A stretch of DNA of 63,961 bases, filler included, from Dimargaris cristalligena (lineage: Eukaryota), in the NCBI GenBank assembly GCA_003614675.1. It is 4 parts of 4 records of this genome, joined end to end, with 100 filler letters (N's around TTAATTAATTAA, not from the genome) between each part and the next. Parts side by side here need not be neighbours in the genome. Positions count along the whole stretch, not along the records: positions 48,152 to 63,961 come from ML002869.1; 3 more parts are not named here. One strand, written 5' to 3'. Shown in pieces: positions 49,626 to 63,600 of the stretch. The notes under the pieces were generated by a model. The model did not search any database. It saw only the letters and a program-made list of their open reading frames with translations, and was not told the origin of the DNA. The stretch's first letter is position 1. Each line of letters opens with the position of its first letter. Made by a program: the position numbers and the translations under genes.

Positions 49626-51163
49626 GAGTATAGCTGGCGGGCGGTAGACTGTGCGTAGGTGGGTGAAGATGAACTATTGAACGAAAATGTAGAATTAAGT
49701 GGAAGCGAGTCAATAAGAATTGTAAGACAAAGTAGCGAATGGTAAGGGTGAGGTTAATGCTGTGCTTGTTTCTGTGGGGCGGTGGTGCAAGTTTTATACG
49801 ATAAACCGAGACTTAATAGCCAAGGCTAAACCAGCCGTACAACTTTACAGATAATGTAAGGCATCTAATTTTAATGCACAAAAATAATATATCGCATTTA
49901 ATAATCTACGGCATTAAAGCCATCCTCGTATTTGGGAACTTGGTGTTATCATCATCTGGTTCCATCAATTGGATACAAAGATACAATCAACAATTACCTT
50001 CCGTCAGCCAGCCCCACCTCTTCATTCACATGTTCGATACATCCTATTCTTTTTCCCATTTTTAATATCATCTAACATTGTTGCCTACATGATAGTTTGT
50101 TAAATTGGTGTTAATTCATACTGGAGGGGAACTAGTGGACTGACCACAATGATATTGGTAAAAGAAGAAATGGCACAAAAGACCCCGTGCTCAACAAAAG
50201 GGTAATACATGTGCAAGGTAAGAGGATAGGGTACGAGAATCCCATTGAAAAACGGGAAAGGATAGGAAGTAAATACATTGTCATCAGGATCTAGTCATAC
50301 AACACAAGGCTTGACAGTATTTGTCAGATGGGAATAAATAGGGTCGGAGTTAGATATACTGGTGTTGGAAACTGCTGAAATATCTAACAAACAAGGAGAA
50401 TCATGTGCCATTTTAATAATTATACTATGGGGGAGGTTCAACAGGTCGGTATAGCGACCAATTCGTTGGACGAGGCAGACACTATTAGTTAAAAATTAAT
50501 AGGCTACCCGTTTCTCCATACATATGTCATGCAAAACTGTATACAGCTGGGCCAAATTTCACGTGTATTTATTTAATAGACTAATATTTCGAGATACTAG
50601 AAAGTAGTGAAGGAATTCAAAAACAATGATTTAAACGCATCCATCTGCTTCAAAGCGTGATCCCTGAACAAGTGCTGTAAAGAAATCGTTATACGTATTC
50701 CAAAGTTCGTTACGTGTTTCAAATAAACGCCACAACCATAATTATGCTGGGTTAACCGCAGACTCTCCCGAAGAGTTTTATACCGAGATGGTTAAATAAC
50801 ACCCACTAGCTTCTTGAGATAAAAGGAAGAAAGAACCGCAAGGAGATAATGAAGCTCACCGCGGTGGTATTTATTAGATATGATTTCGACTAATAGGATT
50901 GCTCCAGATATCCGATGCGGTAAATGGCACTCGGGAGAAGATGTAGTTCAACACAATATACATGGCATCATGAAAAATTGACAATTCCTTAGTCGAGGCA
51001 AATGACTCCCGAAGGAGTGGACTATTACACCGGATTCGCCAAGGCCTACCCAGAATCAGTCGTTATCATCCGAAATAATACGTAATTGGCAATGTAATCA
51101 TACTAGTAACCGGCCGAGCTGGTAGCTGAGTATTACCGCTTGATCATGGACTGCCTGGCGACA

Positions 51164-51630
51164 CTATACTTCGCAAAGAATGATATCGTCGGCTCTTTCC
51201 ATAACGCTTTCTCCTTCATCGTCCATCAATTCCATAATACGGCGAGCCGTGTTTACTCCGGTGACATAGACTTCGAACCACTCGTCGAGGTTTTTACGAT
51301 AGGCAAATGTAATACAGTCTAGACGTCCGGAATAAAATCAAGGTGAAAAACAACGTATAATTAGTGTATTATATACATATATATAACGATGGTCCAGATA
51401 ATATTAGCATACCCGTTCATCTTCCAAAGTTTTACCCAACCCAGTCGGGTAAAGTATATTAATCAGGAAGGCCGTGAAGCTATCCGGGGAGGATTAAAAT
51501 GGGGCAAATGGACAATGTCTTCAGAGTTTAATGACATGGTTTATAGTACTCGCAATATAATAATAGTTTATTATGACTTACCACCAAGAGAGACTATCCG
51601 CGAATCGCCGTTAGCGAGTTCAACGAGCAT
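51164..51630 (-). CDS. Small hypothetical protein (67 aa), paralog B in tandem unit 2
   Basis: Exons 51630-51582 and 51318-51164, with the same intron position and phase as paralog A. MLVELANGDSRIVSLGDCITFAYRKNLDEWFEVYVTGVNTARRIMELMDDEGESVMERADDIILCEV. TATATA at ~51802. Confidence 0.55.
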
Positions 51631-52836
51631 GTTTCTTTGATATACGGCTGGTGGGTGAGGAGTGGTTGGATAAGAGGGTGAGCTATTGAACTAAACCGGC
51701 AAATTCAGCTGAAGTGAGTCAATAAGAATTGTTAGACAAAATAGTGGATGGCACGGGTGGGGTTGATAATGGAGGTGTTTCTGCAGGGTGCTAACGTGAG
51801 TTATATATAATAAACCGAAACTTAGTATACAGGGTTAGACTAGCTGTACAGTTTAACTGACAAGGTAAATCCTCTAAATTTTTGGAACAAAAAGCATCCA
51901 TGATGTGTAGTAATCAATTGGAATAAAGCCATCCTCATCTTTGGAGACGGTGTTATCATCGTCTGGTTCCATCGATTGGGCACACAGATTTTAATCACCA
52001 AAGGATTACCTTCCGCCAGCCATTCCAGCTAAACCATTCAAATATTCGATACATTCCGTTCTTTATCCCACCTTCACTATAATCTAACATTGTTGCCTAC
52101 ACGAGAGTTTGTTAAAGTTGCTTAGATACATACAGGGGGAGAACTAGTGGCCTGACAAAAATATTATTGGTAAAAGGGAGATGGAAAATGGGAACATGGG
52201 AAAATAGACTCCGTGCACAGCAAAGGGAAGGTGTAGCTGTGGAATAACAAGAGGGGGTGGGAGATCCCAGATGAAAAATTTATAAAGGACAGTAAGTAAA
52301 TACATTGTCATCAGGATCCAGCTGCAAACCACAGGGCTTGGGAATGTTGGGCATCTAGGAAGAAATAGGGTCGGAGTTGGACGTGGTAATGTCTGGAACG
52401 GTCGAAAAAATGCAACAAAGAGAAACATGTGACGTTTCGACATAATACGGAAGAGGTTCAACCAGGCCGTAAAGCGGAAAATCCGTTGGCGGAGGCTAAT
52501 AATACCAGTTATAAATTATTGCTATACCTCTTAAATTTTGCACATATCATCTAAACCCCTATACAGCTGGGTCAAATTGCACTCAGTACTACCGAATATG
52601 CTATTTAGCCCTGCATCACCACCCCCCTGTAAGCTGGATTTCCTTCAAAATGGCACATAATGCGGTTTATTCTTTACAGGTCGAAATCCTCCATGGTTCT
52701 GGTAATATTGTTATAAATGTGCTGCCCCGGTGATTACAAAACCGCCGAGGCCCTACCCAGCAATACACTTATAGATCACTATGCTATAACACCACTCGAT
52801 CAAAAAATCCCAAAGAGTGATTACAACACATAATGA

Positions 52837-53601
52837 TTATTTCTTGTTCTTCTTCTTTTTCCGTTCGGACATGAATTGATCTAGGAAATCGCCCTTGATT
52901 CGAGTTGATTTGGGGCCAGTTGAGGGTGTAGTTGAGGAGGGATCGTGTTTAGGTGGCTGTCGGAAAGACCTTGTTCGGCTGTCTTCGTCATCACTCTCTG
53001 GCTGGGCCGCCAAGGTAGTGGAATTGCCCGTCGCCGCTTGGTATGATCTGGTCTCCGAATTGATGCGACTGGGATGGCCCACAAGTTTCCGCTTTAACCG
53101 GTTGTCAACCATGGAGCCAGATTCAAGGGAGGGATTTTTTTGGCCCGGCTGGCCTGTTGGGGGTGGAGCTGCCCCTATACCGAGTCTATGTAATGGAGTG
53201 AATTCCGTTATCCGGTGGATTCAGTCATTAGCAATACATTGGAGGCGTGGTGAGTTTTCTTGGAAGAAATCCATAAGCCAGTCTAGTAGATGCGGGTATA
53301 AGAAAAAATCAGCAACGGTACCCATTGTTTGTAGAGGTAAGGCAAATACCCAGAATGGTCTACTAGGAGGAACTTACCTATTGGGGCGACCTTTAAAGAC
53401 CTCCCGGGCTTTGCCATGCGAGCTGTTGTCTAATTCCGCCTCGGTGAAATCGCGCTTGAGGAAAGCGGCCCGATCTTTGGTGGCTTTCTTGTCGGTGCCT
53501 TGTAGCCAGGACGCAACCAGGGATCGAGTCTCGTAAATTGACACATCGAGCTGGGCCTGAAGGTCCTGGAGGTTGTTGAGTTTCTCCTTGTCGGGCTTCA
53601 T
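52837..53601 (-). CDS. Conserved fungal hypothetical protein, DUF3245-like, with Lys-rich tail
   Basis: Exons 53601-53378 and 53185-52837. Motifs ETRSLVASWL, FKGRPNRLGIGA and C-terminal RKKKKNKK. Confidence 0.7.
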
Positions 53602-54023
53602 GAAGGAATGCAGGTGGAGGGGGCTGGTTTCAATACAATGTGACCAAACCAAACCAAAACAAACCAAAAAAAAAACAACAAGCAACTGGGGGTTAACTAA
53701 ATATAAGTACAAAGTAAATTCGCCTGGCAGACTATCAACTATAGTAGAATGAGCCACTAGTAAGAGCAAAGTGAATCTGTTGCAGAAAAGCGAATCCAAT
53801 TCACGCCTAATAGGCCGTGGGGAGTTGTCCAACTTTTGTACAAATTACTTTGACCCCTATAGCTGCCAGTTTATTGGCCCTATCAACCAATATGGTGCTT
53901 GAGTGCTGCACTTCCAACCAAGTAAGGCTCTCCCTCATTTCACCCTTGCATTCGCTCTAGTCCATTGGCCCATTACCACGACCCAGGCCCATTGCGTGGA
54001 TCCCGTCCGTAGTTTTGAACGTC

Positions 54024-55058
54024 ATGTCAGTCGCCAACCGCATTCGCTATACCACCTCCGTCGCATGGCCCCGCTCAGCCCTTTACGCAACACCGAGTCT
54101 GCCTGCGCGGACGATCCAGCAGCGGAAATGGCCAACTGCCCTTCGATTCCTGAGTAGTTCCCCCCACCTGTTCAGCCATGACAACCCCCTCGGTATCCCT
54201 CGCCGGACCCCCGCCACCGCGACCCGCAGCTCGGCTACAGTAGACCCGAAAGGACCTCAGCTACCCCGAATGCAGCGCGGCCTCCCCACCAAACGGGCTA
54301 TTCCCCAGGTCGCCAAGGTCCTACTTGTGTCATCGGGCAAGGGCGGGGTGGGTAAGTCCACCACTGCAGTCAACCTCGCCATCGCATTGGCCCAGGCCAA
54401 GCAGCGGGTGGGGATCCTTGATGCGGATATCTTTGGCCCATCCCTGCCCAAACTCATGAATCTCTACGAAGAACCCAACGTGGCCGAGGAGGGTGGGCGT
54501 ATTACCCCGCTGACCAACTACGGGATCCAATGCATGTCCATGGGTTTTCTGGTCGGGGAGCAAGCGCCGATCGCCTGGCGTGGGCTTATGGTCATGAAGG
54601 CCGTCCAACAACTCCTGTACGAAGTGGCGTGGGACCCCCTGGATATTCTGGTCGTCGACATGCCCCCCGGTACCGGGGATGTCCAGCTGAGCATCGGCCA
54701 ACTGGTTCCCGTCAACGGCGCCATTATTATCACGACGCCGCAGGAACTGTCGCTGCTGGATGCCACCCGGGGGGTCAATATGTTTCGTAAGGTCCAGATA
54801 CCCATTCTGGGGTTAGTGCAGAATATGAGCTACTATGTTTGCCCGCACTGCCAAACCGAATCGCAGGTGTTCGGTCCGGACAGCGCCGCCCGGGCTGCCC
54901 AGGATATGGACATTCCCCTGCTAGGCCGCATTCCCCTGGAAGCCGATATCAGCGCGGGAGCTGACTGTGGTGTGCCCATTACGGTAGCCCAACCCAATAG
55001 CCCACATACCCAAGTCTACCGAGATTTAGCCCAACGCGTTATTGCTGATCTCAAATAA
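54024..55058 (+). CDS. IND1: Mitochondrial Mrp/NBP35-family Fe-S carrier ATPase Ind1 (complex I assembly)
   Basis: Presequence, RGLP.KRAI, SGKGGVGKST, DADIFGPS, MSMGFL, WRGLMVMKA, DMPPGTGD, CPHC. Confidence 0.93.
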   Translation: MSVANRIRYTTSVAWPRSALYATPSLPARTIQQRKWPTALRFLSSSPHLFSHDNPLGIPRRTPATATRSSATVDPKGPQLPRMQRGLPTKRAIPQVAKVLLVSSGKGGVGKSTTAVNLAIALAQAKQRVGILDADIFGPSLPKLMNLYEEPNVAEEGGRITPLTNYGIQCMSMGFLVGEQAPIAWRGLMVMKAVQQLLYEVAWDPLDILVVDMPPGTGDVQLSIGQLVPVNGAIIITTPQELSLLDATRGVNMFRKVQIPILGLVQNMSYYVCPHCQTESQVFGPDSAARAAQDMDIPLLGRIPLEADISAGADCGVPITVAQPNSPHTQVYRDLAQRVIADLK

Positions 55059-55791
55059 TATCAGGCCATTATGGAAATACTGGATAAAGTGAATGAATGT
55101 ATTCCGGGTGAATGCATAATCTATTTTTTTTGAAACTGTGGTAATGTTGGGATAGGGGAGGAGCTCGGCATTTCAAAAAGCCAGTCTTTTGAAGCATGGC
55201 TTGCCTTTGTGAAATATAATCTAACCTGCGAGGAATTGTATACCTGGCACAGTAATCTGCATGGTATATTGCCATAGGTCCTAACAAAAGGGGGGCATTT
55301 TGGGCGTGCTAAATCGAAAAGCTCCAAAGTGCCACGGACTCTAAATAGACTGAACCTGGCTTACCAATAGCTCGACTGGAATGATTTAAATGCCGCACTT
55401 TACTGGTATTATCCAGGGGGTGGAGGGTGATTAGCAAGTGTATCTAAACAACAATAGGAGCAGTTATGTTTGAACCACCACACACTACTATTGATACGGA
55501 TATCTTCTTCAAAGGAACGAAGCCCCGAATGATGTGTCGGTTAAACCTCACTTGGAAACTACCGTTCAGAGCCGTGGGAGATAGAATTGCTGGGGTTGGA
55601 CCAACTGCCCTGGTTTCCCACCCCGCCAGACCTTCAACTTAGCCTCAGTGGCTTGACCTATGGTGAATTGAAGCCCAGAAAGCGCCTTCCATTCCAAATT
55701 CCTTAACCTTTTACTTGATACCCGCATTCCCCCTATATCTCTCGTTCTCTCGTATTCTTCGTTAACCTTTCATAGCCCTTCCTTATTCACA

Positions 55792-58106
55792 ATGTCCGAC
55801 GACGATTTCATGCTCGAAGACGACGATGGGTTTGACTATGACTACGATGACAACGACTACGGCAATGGGGCCGACGAAGACGACGACCCCCTGGTGGTCC
55901 TGGAAAACAAATACTACCGGGCCAAGGCGCTAAAGGAGGAGGACCCCGTGTCCGCTATCCCTTCCTTTGAGGACATTCTCGACACGGAGACCGATTCCAC
56001 CGAATGGGGCTTCAAAGCGCTCAAGCAGCTCATTAAGCTCCACTGCCAAGCGGGGGCTTACGACCAGGCGGTACAGTGCTACGAGCGGCTCTTTGGCTAT
56101 ACGGCATCGGTTGTCACACGTAATCACAGCGAGAAGAGCATAAACAACATATTGGACCGGATAGGGTCCCTGGACAATATACCCTTGTTGGAACGCTTTT
56201 ACACCATTACTCTGAAGGCTCTGGAGGAGACGAAGAATGAACGGTTTTGGATCAAAACGAACCTGAAGCTGGCTAAACTGTATCTCCAGAAACAGGAATT
56301 CACCAAGCTCCGCAAAGTAGGTTGGTCTATTATTAGCAGTAGCGAGACCCGTGGTGCCGCTTAAATACGTCCTTATGGTTGGAATGACCATTCTTCTCTA
56401 GGTCGGCTATCCATTTCCCTTGATTTTAACGTGGTACTATATTACTTGCACCGCCTCTTTTGCGACATCTCTTCCCTCGCCCGCTTGATTAGATTATCCA
56501 AAAGCTACATACCATCTGCCAAATCGCGTCGGCCGGCGATGACCAACTTAAGGGCACCCACCTACTTGAAACGTACGCCCTGGAAATCCAACTTTACACC
56601 GCCACCAAGAACAACAAGAAACTCAAGGAGGTCTACCACCAATGCGTCAAGGTCCGGTCAGCTATTCCCCATCCCCGTATTATGGGGGTCATTTACGAGT
56701 GCGGGGGTAAAATGTACATGGACGAACAGAACTGGCCCCAGGCCCAGTCGGATTTTTTCGAGTCCTTCAAAAACTATGATGAGGCGGGGAGCCCCCAGCG
56801 CATCCAGGTACTCAAGTACCTGGTTCTGGCCAGTATGCTGTCCGAGTCGTCCATCGACCCTTTTGAATCACCCGAGACCAAACCGTGAGTGCTCACTACT
56901 GCTATTGCCGAAAACATTTGGGGGGAGGGAAAGGGAAAGGTGGAATCGGGGGATTTCTATCGATTTGGTTAGACTACGAACCCACATTTGCCCAAGGATA
57001 TTCCCGCTATAATTAGAGGGGGAAAAGAACAGCGATTAACTTAATGAGTGCAATCATATCCGACTACTATTGCTTACATCCTAACCCGTTGCCATATAGA
57101 TACAAGAATGACCCGGAGATTATGACTATGACCAATTTAATCATGGCCTACCAGAAGCAGGAAATTGCCGAATTCGAACGCATCTTTCAAGGTAAAGGAT
57201 ATATTATGCGGAACGAACGAGGACTTTGCCACACTATAGCTTTAACTCGGGTTTCTCCACGGAATGGACTTTAGGATCAGTACATATCATCACCATGATC
57301 CTCGCCTATTCTGTGGTATACTAATCATGTCACCGTTACTGGCCATGTATCACTACTTCGGGGGGGTTTACCATCTAAAGAGCACGAAAAAACCATCATG
57401 AGCGATCCATTTGTATTCAAATACATGGAGGGGGTGATGCGAACCATCCGATCCCAGGTTCTGATTAACACCATCCGGCCCTACACCCAAGTAGACCTGC
57501 AACACCTTGCCAAGGTAGGTTCAAATCAAGGTTAACGACACCCATGCCATTCGATTTCCCTAAATTAGACTATGCCTCATCCGCCTATCATTTTCGCGTG
57601 AGGGTCGGATGAAGGGAATTACCTAACTTAGCCCTACATCTGGAACATTCGATAATTGTCGTAAATAGGAATTGAATATTACAGTGGATAAGACAGAGGA
57701 GCTTCTGATTATCCTCATCTTGGACGGGAAAGTCACGGGGTCAATTGACCAAGTTAACCGGCAGTACATTGCCATCCGGAAGTAAGTCCAGCCCGGTTGT
57801 TTTATTAAAAAAAAATGGCTCCGCTGACGCAGTTACCCGAGATTAATTGCATCGGTGGGGCCGTATTATTAGCCCTAAGCGAGGGGCATTCTTTCGGCTT
57901 TGGTGCACACTCCTGATGTCCAATGGTCCTTGAAGCTATTGGGTTGGGCGTAATTTGCATTTACCACATTGTCGATTAATCTGTATATGGATCTTGCTAT
58001 TTCGATCGACCGTCCTTCCACCAGACCCACAACGGCGGCCCTCGACGACGCCATGGCCCATTGGGTCGATACCTTAGCCCTTAGTTTGAAGCAAATCAGA
58101 GGCTAA
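55792..58106 (+). CDS. CSN2: COP9 signalosome subunit 2 (PCI domain)
   Basis: Multi-exon. Motifs [89 protein letters not shown]. Confidence 0.96.
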
Positions 58107-60653
58107 GATAGGCTGGTCTATCCTGAGGAAATGGGTATCGCAACTGGTTTGCCAATATGTAGGGGCGTTCTATCAAATCAGATGGATACATTTCCAGGAC
58201 ACCAGCCAACCGATGTTTTCTGATCTTCGTTGACCCTCCCCGCTCTATCGCGAAATAATACCCGGACTAAATCAAAAAAGGGAGAGTTATCATCGACGAA
58301 GGGCCTACAATAAATCCATTTGAAAGAACCCCCCCCCCTACTGTTGAAGGTGGCTCGAGTTTCATTGTTAACCCTACTTCGATGGAGATTGAATCTGGAA
58401 TGCAATAAAGTAGTCCTTGGGTAAAAATTTGGCGGTGTGACTATCGTTGCTCCCTTGCCGCGACCAATCTCTCTGCTTCCCCTCGGACCCCACTCCATAG
58501 GGTTGGTGGTATTGATCAACTCCCCTCCTGTGCCAAGGCGCGGGCCAAATTCAGGCGACTAGTGGAATGAAGAGGGCACTCACACTGCCACGGCGACTCT
58601 CTCGTTGGAGAAAAAGAGAATACTTTCTCACTCGCACAACCTTGGATATACTTATAAAGGGGAAAATGCCAAGCTATGATCGGCCACTTGTTTCCACTGC
58701 TGGATGGACTGGTATAATGAGGGTGTGCAGGTATTCCCTCGGTAGACCAATCAACGAGCAGGCCCATCCCCAAGATCGGAGGCTTGGCTCGAAAATGGTG
58801 TACATTGTGCGACTCTTTATCTTGCTCTTGTTTGGTGCTAATAGCTGCATCTCTACACGTCGAATTAACGCCCCGTAATGAAGTGCGAGTGTATAAGTGC
58901 GAAGGGTGTGTGGATGATGGGTAGTATAGGCCGATAGGATTTGGAAAGGGCTGTTTAGCGACTATCTTTGAGACTGAGTGACCGCCAAGACATGGATTAT
59001 GCAACCGATGGATGCTATCTAGTGTAGGTGAAATCGAGTAAGGATGGGAGGGGCCAGGTGCTTTCGTAGCCCACCGCCTACATCACTTATTCGGTTGCCA
59101 AGAATTGCTATTGATCCACCTACGGCTCCTTCCTCCCATACGTAAGGCAGCCCTCGTCGAACAGAAAGGAAAAGTATTCTGCCTACGCCGGCTAATAGGG
59201 CGGCTGCCGAGAGAGGAAAAGGATTCCCCGGACAAAGCGCAGCCCCGTTTTATATACTGTTCTGCTCCACCTTGCTAAAGTGATACAGGGTGCCCTAATG
59301 AAAAGTTTGTTCACCTACCTAGTCGCCGGGACATCGGCTGGTTTGAGTCGGAGAAAAACCAATAATATCATAGAACCAAAGGCATTTTATACGCTGTCGT
59401 CCTTTGATTTATTTGGATATCGGCGGCCTAGAGCTCGTCCATGGCAAGAAAGGGAACCTATATATATGTATTGCGCGGAGGTCACTCGTGGGTGATGTGA
59501 TAGGTCGGGTCAGAAGCTCCCGCAGGAGGCCACCACCACGATCCAGTGACAGCGTGCCTAGTTACTGGCTCGTCTGTCTGTCTATTCGATATATATATAT
59601 ATATATATATCCCGGCTAAATATTTAAACGCCCCGCTACCCTACTGGTCTAAGCCCCCTCCTCTACAGCTGGAGAGGTGCGACGAATAGAGTGAGGGACG
59701 TGGCAGTGTGTGGTGGTATCATCCCTCTATCTATATTCTATCTATTACCATTGTTATTTTACGTACTAGTGAAATCCACCCAAATGGCGGGGGAGTATCA
59801 TCATCATCAGTAGGGGGTTTTAGTTAATCGCGTCACACACCACCCCCTCCCTTTTTTCTCCTACCCCACACATATACGCCACCCACAATATCGTCTATTT
59901 AATTCGCCGGTGCCGCCCTCCCGCCGGGATTATCGTTTATCCTTCCCCTTTTCACCCACACAACCTAAACTACTATAACCTCTATTCCTAGTATATATGC
60001 CAATGCAAAGGGGAGAAAGAACTAGGTGCTTTTAAGTTACATTCCTTGTCGTACTTTCACTTGTGCGTTTACTTTGTCACACCAACTACCTCCTAATATT
60101 TTTTGGTAAAAGACCACTTACGATACTAGTCCGCCACATTCCTCGGCTATTTTGGGCTACCCGTTCTGTTTGGCCCCATTCCTTGACGCGCGGCGTTAAC
60201 CCCCGAGCCAGTGTGCTTCTGCCCTAGGCCTATTTTAAAATAGAGCCTAGTCTAAGGAGGGGCTCCCTACCGCTTCACGACCTACTCTGCTGGCCCCCAT
60301 TGTGTGTCATCGCGACCCTCTTTCCCTGTTTCTACTCCATTCCACCCGCGCTCCTCAATAATAGGGCTTGAGCCACCTGTTTACGTCAGCAGCTACCATA
60401 TCTCCCCTCCTTCCTGCATATGAATCGCCCGAGGCCTTTTTATAGCTCCCACTCCTTTTAATACCCGTTCTTGTCAGTCCGTAACCCCGCCTCTACTTAT
60501 ACCCGCGGTTATAAATAGTGCCGTAAAGTTCCCTCCCTCTATTCGCCCAGTTTTTATTTGGCCCGAATTCCTTCGTCGCTTGGGTGCCTCCCCTATACAG
60601 TTCTCTATCTCTCACACTCTCTCCCCTCCCACCCCCACCCATCCGACCCACAA

Positions 60654-63600
60654 ATGGAGATGGACGAGTCAAATCTAAAGCGGCAGCGGGTAAGTCGGGC
60701 CTGTGACGCCTGCCGCAAGAAAAAAGTCAAATGTGACGGGGTGTCGCCCATTTGTACCAATTGCCAACTGCTGGAAAACGTCTGCACCTACAAGGATACC
60801 GCCAAAAAACGGGGCCCCCCCAAGGGCTATATTGATGCCATCGAGTCCAAACTTACCCGCATGGAAAATTTATTAGCCGAGCTTGTTGACGGGGAGGGCC
60901 AGGTTCAGCCCCAAGTCCTAACTGAGCTTCGGACCCTGAGGCTTGACAATCCAGTAAGTAGTAGTGCTCTCTCCTATACCATTTACTCCCCAGCCTAATC
61001 ATCTACTGGGCCTCACCTTATTGGCCCATCACACTTCATTCGTTCCCCTCCTATTATATCTATCTATCCATCCCTTATATATTCCCCCGGGCCTGGTGCT
61101 ATGCATATATAAATAACCCTTTCCCCTTCCACACACACACATTAGTGCTTCCCTTACCCGAAATGAATCATTTGAATACGAGCTAACCTAAACCAGTAAT
61201 TTCCAACCCGGGGCAAATAACCCCGGCCTGACTGCCTTGTTATTTATCTACCCTACCTCCAGATAATCAAAAACAAAAAGACCGGGCACCCCCACACGGC
61301 CGCCGAGGGCCGGGCCCAACGGCTCGAGCCGAGGAAGCATCCAATAACCGACTCGGGATCCCCTGAGTTCGAGTCGAGGGGCACCGCTTCCCCGCACGGC
61401 CCGTACGAGCGCGAGACGGTGCTCCGCTCCAACGTGGCCATGAACCACCTGGCAGTGGACGAATTCGGCAACCAGCGGTACTGCGGGCAGTCCAGTGGCA
61501 TGTGGTTGCTGCGCGAAAGCACCAAGTTCCAACGGGGCATTCTAGTGGGCAAACGGGCTACTCTGCTCAACTCGCCCCGCAAGTGCCCCTATACCGATGT
61601 CAGCCAGGTGCCCCGCGAGGTGGAGCTGGCCTTGATCCGGGGCTTTTTTGAACACATTTACCCCATATTCCCCATTGTGCTCCCCCGCCAGTTCTGGAAT
61701 GCTTACCATGACCCGGCCGATCCCATTTCGCTGCTCCTGAAATACTCCATGTTCGCTTGCGTCTCCAAGTTCGTGGACTTGGACGACATTCTGCACGGCA
61801 CCAACGACTTGCTAGCCATCCTCTACTTTGACACTCTGCGCCCCTACCTGATGCACAATCTATTCACGTCGTCCATCACCATGGTCCAATCCCTCATCCT
61901 GCTATGTATCTACCAGCACGGTTGCTTAACCATGAAGGGCTGGAAATACAACGGCATGGCCATCAATCTAGCCTATGACTTGGGCCTACACCGGGACCCC
62001 GAGCGAATGGGGTTGGCCCGCATGAGCGAGCAGGACTGTGAGCTACGTCGGCGGATCTGGTGGAGTTGCTATACCTTGGATACCATCGGCAGTGCCTCGC
62101 TGGGTCGGCCCCCAGTTGTAAAAAGCATGGGGTTTGACACGGAATTCTGTAAATTAGACGAGGATGTTGAATTTGTGGCCGCCATCATCGACCAGCGCAT
62201 CGTGGGACCAGTAACGGACTCTACGATCATTCCTCCAGCCGACCGCCGCCGCCAGGAGTTGCCCTTTTCGATCAGTCGCCACTCCAAGTACCTGCTGACG
62301 CTAGTGCACTTGGCCAACCGCACCATGAACCAGGTGTACGGCTACCAATCGGTATTCCTCAAAGACGACCACCACCCCATTATCTTTAACATCCCCGTCG
62401 CTCAGTTGGATAAGCAGCTCCGTTCGTGGCTCATTAATTTGCCGCCCGAGCTGAAATACAGCCCCAGCGACTACCTTAAGCTACAGCCCGCCCCGCACCG
62501 GTTTATTACCATGATGCATAGCATCTACCACCATACCCTCATTCTTATCCATCGGCCGTTCCTGGCCCACCAGTGGCACATTCCGATTCTGGCAGTTGAA
62601 CCCACACCTCCATTCGATATGGCGGGCCCTTCCACGGCCGGTCGAGGCGGCGACAGTGGAAACGGCGGCGCCCTTGGTGACTTGGATGGTCGGGGCATGC
62701 TCGATCCGAGTTCCTCCACGGGGAACGGTCTGGATGTGCATGGTCGGCAGTTTTCAACGACTCTATCCTCGGCTGAGTTTTCCTCCCTACAAATCTGTAC
62801 CTCGTCGTCCGCTGCACTCACCTGCATACAGTACCTCGCCAGTCACAAGAGCCGGAATTTCGGCTCGATTTTTTCGATTTCGATGGTCATGTCGTCGGCC
62901 ACCCTTCACTTGCATAACGCCCTCTCCCCCGAACCAACCTACGCGCGGGCAGCGAAATCATACCTTCGCACGTCCCTGGAAACGTTGGCCACACTGGGCC
63001 AGCGCTGGTCATCGGCCCGGAACTTGGTCGCCGTGTTGGAGGAACTCATTGACATTCGGCATATTTCCCTGACCGGTATTCCCCACTCCGTCGATCTGGA
63101 CCCCGATGAAAATCTGGCCTACGCTCTTGCAGTAAATCCCATGCAGATTATGGATGATGTCTTGGCGTCGCCCCCCCACACGATGACGACCACGGGACAG
63201 TCCACGAATGAACGTGGCTTTGCCTTGGGTGGTGGTAGTAGTAATAGTAGTAGTGGCCCATTTGTCCCGTCGTTAATTAAAGGACATCCATCCAATGGAC
63301 AAGGGCCCCAGAGCAAACATTCTTTACACCTACTCAGCCAGACGGCCACGTCCGAGGGGGGAACCCCATCATCGGGTTCGCAGTCCAACCGAAAGAACGC
63401 GCCCGGCCCCGGCCAATCCCGGCGGTCCGCCAAGGATCGTTCCAACTCACTATCAACGGGGCCCTATCCCCCCCGGCCACGGCCCATGCCTGCCGGACGA
63501 AACCTACTCCAGGCCCGCCCGGGCGCTACCCGTAATTTGACCCTGAACTTTCCCCCGCATTACCAGAGCCCGGAGGTGGCTGCCCGCCATGTCTCCTCCG

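Larger units (their letters stand above)
48573..52580. repeat. ~2-kb diverged tandem duplication (units 48573-50542 and 50543-52562)
   Basis: The junction motif ACAGCTGGG(C/T)NAAATT recurs at 48573, 50543 and 52563. Colinear shared blocks include AATTCAAAAACAATGAT, ATAAAATCAAGGTG, GAGTCAATAAGAATTGT, TCTAACATTGTTGCCTAC, AAGTAAATACATTGTCATCAGGATC and AAATAGGGTCGGAGTT. Confidence 0.9.

Noticed and set aside
43384..55058. Two complex I assembly factors (NDUFAF1 and IND1) within ~10 kb as a functional cluster
   Set aside because: Separated by an assembly spacer and unrelated genes, so adjacency is unproven and probably coincidental.
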